A stretch of 64,000 nt of DNA from Candidatus Marinacidobacterales bacterium (GTDB lineage: Bacteria > Acidobacteriota > Vicinamibacteria > Marinacidobacterales > DATDRI01): assembly GCA_965219415.1 (NCBI GenBank), contig CBDCNP010000002.1, positions 1,408,001 to 1,472,000 on the forward strand, read 5' to 3'. Position 1 is the stretch's first letter. Each line of letters begins with the position of its first letter. Shown piece by piece: positions 55,005 to 64,000 of the stretch. A program made the translations under genes and the position numbers. Below the pieces are notes generated by a model, which was given only the letters and a program-made list of their open reading frames with translations, was not told the origin of the DNA and searched no databases.

Positions 55005-57077
55005 TTGCCACGACTGGTCACATCCCTTCTTCCTGCCTTTGTTCTCCTGCTCGCTGCCGTGGCGATCGGTACGATGGCGGGTACACCGAGTGTGACGCTT
55101 CATCCGAACGACCTGTGGGGTCATGAGGGCTTCTACCCTACAGAGACTGAGGGGACGGTTGGTTTTCGATGGAGTCGGCCGCGCGCCGTCATCCATTTTC
55201 GCGGTATCGATCGCGCGCGCGGCGTACGGCTAGAGCTCGACGTCCGAGGATGGCGCCCGCCCAATATCCGGCCCCCCCGCCTGGTCATCGAGACCGATCA
55301 ACACGAGATCTGGAATAGGGATATGGAGGAGGATTGGGAAACAGTAAAGATTGGAACCGGACCCGAGGCCGGCGATCACTTGGATCTACTTCTGGATAGC
55401 GATCCCTTTCAGCCCTCGGCTCACCTCGCGGCTTCCGATGACCGCAGGGTCTTGGGTCTGCAGCTACGCAAGGTCCGGATCGAAGTCCCCACGCGGCGCT
55501 CGCTCTGGATAGCTCTTTCAGCCGCTGCCGCCGGAGTGGGCTGGCTCATTCTCGGTTTGGCCCGCGTCGCGACGCCAGTCCGATTTTGCTGGTCTCTCGC
55601 CGCGGTGACCGCGACGATATGGATCGGCCTACATACCGTGCGGCCTTACATTTTCGACGCTCTTCCAGCATGGAGCGTTCCGTTCCTTCGCGTTTTCGTA
55701 CTCGGACTGATCATCGCGCCGCCCTTGCTAATCCCTCGACTTGCTGCGCGCGGTCGCAAGCTGCCGAGATGGGCGGTCGCCGCGACGTTGGCAGGAAGCA
55801 TCTTCACCGTCTACGCACCGGCACTTGCGGGCGGTTTTTTCTGGGATGACTTCGATTTCGCCCGCCCCATCACGCTCGGCGAGTGGCTCTTCACCTTTTA
55901 CGGCACTTGGAATTGGACCGGTATTGGAAACGACTATTATCGCCCGCTTGTCGTGACGCTCTTTCAGATCGACTATCATCTCTACGGCTTGCGCCCAGCA
56001 GGCTTCCACCTGACCAACATCCTTCTCCATATCCTGAACTCGACTCTGGTTGCCTGGTTCTTGGCCCATTGGGTGCGAAGGAGATGGGCGCTCGCCGGAG
56101 CGGCGTTCTTCGCCCTTCATCCCATGGCCGCCACCGGCTTGGCTTGGATCAGCGAGCGCACCGACGTCCTGGCCACAACGTTCTTGCTGCTGGCCCTTTT
56201 GGCGGTGTCACGCTACTCGCGTCCTGGCGGGGCTTCGGGGCTCGCCCCAGTCGGAGCTGGTTACGCGGGAGCACTTGCGTCGAAAGAGGTCGCCATCACG
56301 TTTCCCGCGGTGGCACTTGCCTACGCCGCTTGCCGGCGACGCTTCAATCGCAAGAGCATCCGGATGTTGATGTTCCTCGCCGGGATGAGTGCCATCTATG
56401 CCATCGGCTGGGTCGTTCTCTTCCACGAAAAGCTGGGCGCCGTCAACATCACGACCGTCGCTTCTGAGAGATCTTTCCTTCAGTTTTGGCACTCTTTGCT
56501 GCGCCTTCTGACCTTTGCGTTCATCCCGACCTATTACCCGTCCTATGACTTCGACTTCCTTGGCGGGGAGTCGTTGACGTATTTGTATGTTGGTAGCGCA
56601 TTCTTCCTTGCGTTGGGGCTGGTGCTCCTTGTCCGCGGGCGAGCCCGAGAAAGATGGCTTTTCGTCTTCGCAACGGTGTGGCTAATCGTCACCGTCATTC
56701 CTCTCTTCAACATCCGCTACCCCGACTACATTCGCCTGGGCTATCTCCCGGCGGTGGCTTGCGGCTTGGCGGCGGCAGCCGTCTTTGCTTTCGCCTCTCG
56801 CCACTGGAATCGTGCCGGAGAATGGCTCGCCGTCCTCCTTCTCCTCGGCTCGGCGGCCCGGATGGCCCCTGCCGATCAACGCATCATCGAAGATTGGGCC
56901 CACTGGGGCCGAATTGCCCAAATGATCAATCGCGACAAAGCCACTAATCAGAAGTGGCTCGAGCGTATCGGGCCGGAACGCCGTGCTATCTTCTGGGCGC
57001 AGCTTGAGCGCCATCGCGCGGAAAAAGAGCACGTGGGGCAGCTCCTCGCCGGACGGGACGACCGCGGAGCCCCATAA
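55005..57077 (+). CDS. GT-C membrane glycosyltransferase (TMTC/PMT-like) with an N-terminal periplasmic beta domain
   Basis: GGFFWDDF, YYRPL, FHLTNILLH, FALHP, WISERTD and SKE; N-terminal GFY..E...FRWS...DRRVLG. Confidence 0.78.
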   Translation: MPRLVTSLLPAFVLLLAAVAIGTMAGTPSVTLHPNDLWGHEGFYPTETEGTVGFRWSRPRAVIHFRGIDRARGVRLELDVRGWRPPNIRPPRLVIETDQHEIWNRDMEEDWETVKIGTGPEAGDHLDLLLDSDPFQPSAHLAASDDRRVLGLQLRKVRIEVPTRRSLWIALSAAAAGVGWLILGLARVATPVRFCWSLAAVTATIWIGLHTVRPYIFDALPAWSVPFLRVFVLGLIIAPPLLIPRLAARGRKLPRWAVAATLAGSIFTVYAPALAGGFFWDDFDFARPITLGEWLFTFYGTWNWTGIGNDYYRPLVVTLFQIDYHLYGLRPAGFHLTNILLHILNSTLVAWFLAHWVRRRWALAGAAFFALHPMAATGLAWISERTDVLATTFLLLALLAVSRYSRPGGASGLAPVGAGYAGALASKEVAITFPAVALAYAACRRRFNRKSIRMLMFLAGMSAIYAIGWVVLFHEKLGAVNITTVASERSFLQFWHSLLRLLTFAFIPTYYPSYDFDFLGGESLTYLYVGSAFFLALGLVLLVRGRARERWLFVFATVWLIVTVIPLFNIRYPDYIRLGYLPAVACGLAAAAVFAFASRHWNRAGEWLAVLLLLGSAARMAPADQRIIEDWAHWGRIAQMINRDKATNQKWLERIGPERRAIFWAQLERHRAEKEHVGQLLAGRDDRGAP

Positions 57078-57165
57078 ACCCCACGGCTTGCGTTTCAATC
57101 GTGGGCCGGACTATTCTGGTCGCTCGGCAGGACGACACGAAATCCCGGCACCACACCGACGAAGT

Positions 57166-58580
57166 ATGACCGCACCCGACCCTGAGCCGTCATTTTCAGC
57201 TACCCTCGCCGGGCGGAGGCTTTCGCACGTCGTTGTCGCACTTTCGGCCTTCGTCTCTGCTGCCGGCGCCTGTACCGATGGTCGCGGTGGCCCCGATGAG
57301 CCTAGACCGCAGCCCAATCTCGTCCTCGTCACCGTCGATACGCTGCGAGCCGATCATCTCAGCTGTTACGGTCACTATCGTCCGACCTCACCTCGCATCG
57401 ATCGCCTCGCGGCATCGGGACTGGTTTTCGAGCGAGCGATATCTTCGGCTCCGTGGACGCTCCCAAGCATTGCCTCGATTCACACGTCTCTCTATCCCAG
57501 TGAACACGGAGCCACCGGTGCACAGCTGCCCTTAAGAAACGAGCTGACGCCCCTTGCGGAATCTTTGCAGGACGTCGGGTACGACACCACCGCCGTTGTC
57601 ACTCATGCATTCGTCGGTCGACGCTACAACTTCGATCAAGGCTTTGCGACGTTCGACGACACGCTCGTTCAGGGGCACGATGCCGTCACCTCACCGGAGG
57701 TGACGAGGACGGCGATGAAATATCTCCGCAGGAAAGCGAAGGAACCTTTTTTCCTATGGATTCACTATTTCGATCCGCACCTAACCTATGTCCGTCATCC
57801 GGAGTTTCGCTTCGTGCATGGCACCCCCAAGCGCGCACCCGATCGCCTCCGTGCGGGTGAGCTCCGAAGAGCCGCGGAAGCCCTGGCAGACGACACCGTT
57901 CCCGATCCTTTCTCGCTGAACACAATCACCGCGGTTTACGACGAGGAGATAGCATTTACCGATGAGTCCATCGGCCGCCTCTTCAGAGCGATTGGAAACT
58001 TGCCGCTGAGGCGACCGACGATCGCCGCGTTGACCGCCGATCATGGCGAGTACTTCATGGAGCGAGGCCGATTCGGCCACGGCAGAGACATCTATGACGA
58101 GCTCGTCCACGTCCCACTGATCATGTGGGGAGACATCGACGACGAGCTCCGGGGAGGGCGTTACTCCGAAACGGTAGAACCCGCCAGCCTGGCCCACACC
58201 TTTGCCCGACTGGCCCAGGTCGACACCAACCCGTTCAAAGGGGAGGACCTGCTGACGCTCGCCGCGGAAGACCGTGCCGGTCGACCGATTTTCAGTGAAG
58301 GCAGCTTCGCCTGGGGCACGAAAGATCGGAAAATCATGGTGGAGTGGGAACGGCGTAAGCTCATCTACAACCTCGATGACTCACGATTCGAGCTTTACGA
58401 CCTGAAGCGAGACCCCGGGGAACGGGAGGATCTCTGGGAGCGCAGGAAAGACTCGGCAGAAGTCGGTAGGCTCCGGGAAGCGCTCGATCAGTTCCGGGAA
58501 AGACACGCCGTGAGCGCCCCGAACATCGTCCTTTCACCAGAGGAAATCGAACGCCTCGAATCCCTGGGTTACGTGCATGA
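57166..58580 (+). CDS. Sulfatase-fold lipoprotein, Thr type, paralog 6
   Basis: AGAC lipobox; TVDTLRADH, PWTLPS, DPH, TADHGE and RLESLGYV. The stop is probably lost to an indel at the ATGA overlap. Confidence 0.85.
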
Positions 58581-59906
58581 GGAGGTTTCACGTAGGCCTG
58601 CTGGCGCTCGGGGTCCTCGCGTTCGCCGTTTCTTGCGCCGAGGCCCCGGAGCAACAACCCGTCAATATTCTGCTGATCTCAGTCGACTCGTTGCGGGCCG
58701 ATCACGTCCACTCCTACGACTATCCGAGGGAAACGACACCTACTTTGGACCGCCTGGCGCAGGAAGGAACGCTTTTCGAGAACGTGATTGCGGAAAGCTC
58801 GTGGACCTTGCCCACGCACATAACGATGCTCACCGGGTTGCCTGCTCAGACCCACGGTGTCGAGTATTTCTCGGGCTCGACGCTCAGCGCTGAATACACG
58901 ACCCTCGCCCAAGAACTGAGCGAACGAGGCTATCGCACCTACGGGATGTTCAGCGGGCCCTACCTGCATCCGATCTTCGGATTCGGCCGCGGATTCGATA
59001 CCTACGAGAGCGCGATGGGTAAGACCGTCTACGACGAGGCGGATTTCGATCCCGCTATTCTGGGAACCGACGGTAGAGTCAAAAAGACGAACTTCATGTC
59101 GCACCGCATCGTCACCAGCCACCTCATCACCGAAAAGGCCATTGAGTTCCTGGGCACGGTGTCCGACCAGCGTTTCTTTCTTTTCCTTCATTACTTCGAC
59201 GTGCATTTCGACTACATGGCTCCGGAAGAGCTCTGGCGAAAATTCGACCCTGATTATTATGGGACGATGACCGGCGAAAACTTTCAAGAGAACAAAGCGA
59301 TCAACGCTCATATGGATCCGAGAGACCTCGAGCATTTGATCGCCTTGTACGACGCGGAGATCCTCTATACTGATCGCGAGATCGGATACTTGATCGACGC
59401 GCTGGACCGTAACGGCCTGAGCGAGAACACGCTCATCGTAGTGACGTCGGACCACGGTGTGGAGTTCTTCGAGCATGGAAACAAGGGTCATTACCGCACG
59501 CTCTTCGACGAAGTTCTCAGGATTCCTATGATCGTGAGGCTCCCAGGACGAGTACAGGCAGGAGTCCGCGTTTCGGAGCAAGTGGGCCATCTCGACGTCC
59601 TACCGAACCCTTCTTTCCTTCGCTGGAATCGAGCCGGGTGACCTGTTGAACGAAGTCGGGGGAAGGAACCTGGTAGACATCCTCGAGGGCAAGGCTTCTC
59701 TCCCACGTGCCGCGGCGATCTCGAGTTTACGACGAAGCGGTTACTGGGCTTCGCTTCGCACCCCGCACTTCAAGTACATAGTGAATCGTGACGCCGACAC
59801 CGAGACCGAGTTACTGTTCGATCTCGGCAACGACGCGGGGGAACAGAGACCTCTGCAAGGGAAAGACGAAGGAACCTTGAGCCCGGGGGCGCGCCAGAAA
59901 ATTTGA
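58577..59906 (+). CDS. Sulfatase-fold lipoprotein, Thr type, paralog 7 (frameshift near 59605; C-terminus truncated)
   Basis: AVSC lipobox; SVDSLRADH, SWTLPTH, DVH, TSDHG and LLFDL..D.GE. Confidence 0.85.
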
Positions 59907-59910
59907 TGAC

Positions 59911-60896
59911 CTTGAAGATCGACCAAGGAGACCGGCGCGCTGTAACGACCGGGCTGCACGCCGGGTCCCCAGATCAGAAGCGGGATCCGCAGGAGCTCTT
60001 GATACATGCTGTGCCCGTGCTCGAAGTCTCCATGATCGAAAAGCTCTTCGCCGTGATCGGAGGTCAAGACGATCACCAAACGATCGAAGAGACCCGTTTC
60101 TTCGAGCGCCGCGAATAAACGCCCGAGCCTCCTGGTCCACGTAGGCAATCTCCTCGTCGTAGGCTGCGGTGATGAAGTGGCGTTCGCTGTCTGCAATGGT
60201 GTGCACCCGCTTCCGAATCTTGCGCGGCTCGACGACTGGCAACTCGAACCCAGAGGAGGAACCAGACGTGAAGCGCCCGCGCACCGGCGCAGGCGCATCG
60301 TAGGTCATGTGGGGATCCAAGATGTGCATCATGAAAAAGAATGGACTCTCTGAGCTTTCGGCAATCCAGCTCAGGGAACGATCGACGACCTCCCCGGCGC
60401 GCCGATGCTCTTGTTCACCCGGACGTTGGTAGTCGTAGGTATCGAAACCCCGCTCCAAACCGATACCGCGAGGAAGCCAAGGATTGTTAATGATCGCCCC
60501 AGTGGCGAAACCCGCCTCGGAGAGGACTCCGGGAAGCGTCGGCAGGGTGTCGTTCAAGCGGCTGGAGACGGTCCAATTGGACTCCCGCACACGGCTCCCG
60601 GCGGAGTGCCGCGCTGGAAGTTCCCCGGTCAGCATCGATCCGAACGAAGGCAGCGTCCAAGGAGATGTCGTAAAGGCCCGCTCGAAGACCGCCGCGTGCT
60701 CGGCCCACTCGTCTAGATGGGGCGAGGTGGGTCGCTGGTACCCGTATGCGCCGAGGTGATCGGGACGCAACGCATCTACCACAATCAACAATACGCCATC
60801 GGGAGCTTTTGGAGCCTCTAGGGCCTCCGGAGGATGCCCGGCGCATCCGAGGAACGCGTGAGCGATCAAGAGAACGCACAGAAACCGGACGCTCAT
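59911..60896 (-). pseudogene. Sulfatase-fold lipoprotein, Thr type, paralog 8 (frameshifted, C-terminally truncated)
   Basis: FLGC lipobox; VVDALRPDH, PWTLPSF, DPH and TSDHGEE; homology stops at PVSLVDL. Confidence 0.8.
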
Positions 60897-60898
60897 GC

Positions 60899-62163
60899 TC
60901 ACTGGACCTGGGCCCACAAACGGGGGTTCAGAAAATCGGGCGCGATCCTGGTCATGCGATATATCGTAGCCCTCTTGCTCCGCCTTTTCGGCCTTTCATA
61001 GATATCCGGGTTGTAGAAATCCCAAACGATCGTCCCCTCACGTGTGATTTCGAAAGCACGACCCCGGTGTGATTCGGCGACTAGGATGTTTCCGTTGGGT
61101 AGTTTCTGGATGCCTCCCCTCAACGCGGTGAAGAAAGACTTGGGTGGATCGCCCTTGTACTCCCATACGATCTCCGCCGTAGTCGGGTCGAACTCGATAA
61201 CCCGAGAGTATTTGCGCTGTGTTCCCGTTGTCGAAGATGAGGAGGTTCCCGCTCTCCAGGAGAACCGGCTGGTGAGGCCAGTCGAGATCGTTTTCCCCCC
61301 AACTCCATACAACCTTTTCTGCCTCCAGATCGATTACCGCGATCCTGTTGAGGCTCCGGACGGCGACCAATACGCGCCCCTCCCCGAAGAATTCATTTTG
61401 TGTCCGGGCGGTGATGGAAAGAGTGTTGACGTGAAAGACGTCGACCGCACCTCCTTCGAAACGCAGGCCCTCGCCCACCCTGCCGTCCGTTTCGACGAAC
61501 CTCGCGATCTTCTCGAAGTTCAGCAAATGGCGGAACAAAGTGAGCAACGCGATTCTACGTTTCGTTCGTCCATCCGGTGACAGGATCAAGATGAATTCGT
61601 TTCGAATCGGAATGGCGGTTCCATCGTAATCAACCGACTGGTCCTCTCCCGTCAGCACATAGAGGTCGCCGTTTTCAGCGATGTCGACATCGTGATGGGC
61701 CTCGACATCCCTCTCCCAGATGACATTGGAATCCCAATCCAGCCGCAGGAACTTCCGCGGCCCTTCGCTAAGCACCAATAGGTCACCGTTCGACAGCAAC
61801 CGTACGTGCCCCCATTCCTTGCCGGTGTCCAGCGACCACTCATGCAAAACCTCTCCGTTCATGTCCATGAGGGTCGCTCGGCCTGGGGAGAGAATTGAAG
61901 AGATTGAGACCTGGAGAGGCTCGGCGTGGGTCATGGCTCACGACACCGGCTCTACCTTCGTGCTCGAGTGGGCTCCAAGACGTGTAGGTGAGAGACTGCA
62001 GGTCTTCGATAAGTTTCTCCGGAGCGACTGTCTCCGGCGGGTCGTCGACGTTCTTTTCTACGATACACGACACCACGAAACTCGCGAGTAGCAACGCGAT
62101 CGCGAATTGATACGCCGCCGGGCTGTATGATCTCGTTCGAATTGCGCTTCGCCAAAGCATCAT
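60899..62163 (-). CDS. Arylsulfotransferase (ASST-like) beta-propeller lipoprotein with two frameshifts
   Basis: VVSC lipobox; AHHD, DVFHVN, VAVR, WPHQP, IFDNG, SRVIEFDP and Q.LPNGN.LV.ES..GR.FE...EG..VW. Confidence 0.82.
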
Positions 62164-62261
62164 CCAGAAGGATAAAGTCTCGCCGATTCAGAGGCAACAA
62201 CCCCCATGACGCTCAGCGAACTGTTGACCTCCATCTTTCATTTCATTAGCGTAGACTCCAC

Positions 62262-64000
62262 ATGGGCAACCGAAAGACGATCCTCGGCGTGGCTCTTCTC
62301 GCCGCTCTGCCCTGGCTCTGTTTCTGGGAGGTGTTGCGAGGAGATCTCCTCTTGCCAACCGATTGGCTCCACCAAGATCTGGAGCCTTCGACGTTGTTTC
62401 GGCCCGCGCCGCGAAGGAGGGGCGCATCGCTCTTTGGAACCCCTACGCCGGAGGAGGCATTCCCCACCTGGCTGCCGGTTTCAGCCGTATGCTCTATCCG
62501 CTTTTTTGGATTTATGCCGTCCTCGATACCGAGCTTGCACACAACATGGAAATCCTGCTTCATCTTTTCCTGGCGCAGCTCTTCGCCTTTTTGTTCCTGC
62601 GCCGTCTTGGCTTGAGTCTCACCGGCTCCATACTCGGCGGCATCGTTTACGGATTCACACCCAGCATCACGCACCGCGCCGAGATTTCGTTCATCTTGCC
62701 CTCGCTCGTCTGGTTCCCTCTCCTACTTACGTTCGTCGAAGAGCTTGTGACCACCGGCCGACCACGCTCGTACATCGGTCTCGCGGTTGCGGTGTCGTTT
62801 CAAATGCTCGCCGGTCACTATCCGGATATCTTCATGAACATCCTAGGCGCCACGATCTACGGGGCGGCTCGCTTGCTCACTCTCCCAAACCTGGCGGTTC
62901 GACTCCGCCGCGGCACGCTGGCGATGGGGGCTGCTATCCTGGGAGCATCCCTAGCCGCACCGTTTCTGTTTCCCTCTTTGGAGTTCTTGACTCGCGCAAA
63001 CCGTGCCGTCGCCAACGCGACGGAGCTCGCCGCGACGGGGCTGGGCCCGGAAGTCTTTCTCACCCTTTTTTCTCCGGATATCCAACGAAGCCAGCTCTAC
63101 CTAGGCCTGCTGCCGCTCCTCTTCGTGCCCGCCGCATTTCGCCGGATCCCGAGAGGCCCTTCGATTGCGCTCCTTGCGACCGTCGTCGTAGGAATCGGAC
63201 TCTCGACCGGAAGTCCCCTATTCACACTGCTCCACTCGCTCGTCCCAGGAGTCGAGCGGCTGCGGTATCTGAACACGCATGTCGCACTGGCGGCGTTCAG
63301 CTTGGCGCTCTTGGCCGGCATCGGCATATCGGCGAGCCTGAACACTCGAATGCGATTGGAGCGCATGCTCGCACTTCTCTTGATCGGGGCCAGTGTGACG
63401 GTTGCGGTGATCGCCTGGCTTTCGGGACGGGAGGACGTCCTCACCCTCTTTCGCCTACCCCTTGGCTTGGCGCTCCTCGGACTCGCGCTGCTTGGAATGG
63501 AGCTCAAGGCTCGGAGGAGAATCGCCGTGACGACTTTCGCTGCCATCGCGGGAACCATCATCGTCGTCGATCTGTTTTCCTACGCCCGCGCCTTCAACCC
63601 TCGCGTCGCCACGTTGCTCGGAAACTACCACAGCCCTTTTTGGCCCAATACCCTGGGAGCCTACGAGATTCAGGACGTCGGAGCCTACCACTCCCTGCTG
63701 CCAAAGAACTCTAGGAAGCTACATCGACCGCATACGCCGGTACTCACGCGGCTCCTCTGGCGAGGCGCTCCTGGAAGTCAACGACGCCCCGGGTAACTGG
63801 GCCTGGCTCGCGTCCTTTCGCCCCAGTCACTTCTTGCGCAATTGGAACATCAAATACTTCGTCTTGCCCGCAGGATGGCCGAATCCAGACCCGGTCCACC
63901 TCGAGCTTGTTTATGACGACGAAGTGCGTCTCTTTCTTTACCGAACGCGAATGCCGCGTGCTTGGTTGGCGGAACGAGCCATGGTCCTTCCAGGGGAGAG
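62262..64000 (+). CDS. YfhO-like GT-C membrane protein, frameshifted, runs off the window's right edge
   Basis: GRIALWNPYAGGGIPHLA, LYP, LAGHYP, YLG, DVGAYHSL, NIKY and MPRAWL. Confidence 0.78.

Noticed and set aside
729-63714. Long antisense or alternate-frame ORFs (e.g. 729-1745, 3877-5103, 13670-14917, 58679-59590, 62206-63714)
   Set aside because: They shadow well-supported genes, lack motifs and are often Arg/Pro/Gly-rich, as expected in high-GC DNA.
1-64000. CRISPR array, tRNA/rRNA, prophage, or defence system
   Set aside because: No repeat-spacer periodicity, cloverleaf or rRNA signature, or phage or defence motifs were seen by eye.

Overview
GC-rich bacterial DNA. Gene content suggests Acidobacteriota (Vicinamibacteria-like), but this is inference. 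Many genes carry single-base frameshifts, which look like uncorrected long-read errors: the two IS256 copies are each intact where the other is broken. Positions 1-15.9 kb hold ordinary metabolic genes: PilZ protein, aminotransferase, homoserine dehydrogenase, SPFH protein, citrate synthase, CoA-transferase, SDR, MDR, MFS transporter and 3-hydroxyacyl-CoA dehydrogenase. Positions 15.9-64 kb form a cell-envelope glycan island. It has eight paralogous sulfatase-fold lipoproteins; seven carry a Thr motif (TLP[S/T][H/I/F]) instead of the formylglycine C/S-x-P-x-R signature and one has lost that segment. It also has an arylsulfotransferase (ASST-like) lipoprotein, at least six GT-C-like membrane proteins, three GT4s, a truncated GT2 with an FAD oxidoreductase and a TIM-barrel epimerase, three methyltransferases, SGNH and GSCFA proteins, and a ~1,570-aa FN3/discoidin surface protein. 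Mobile DNA comprises one partial IS1595 and two IS256 copies. The best candidate for an undescribed system is an extracytoplasmic, formylglycine- and PAPS-independent glycan decoration machinery. No rRNA, tRNA or CRISPR array was seen.
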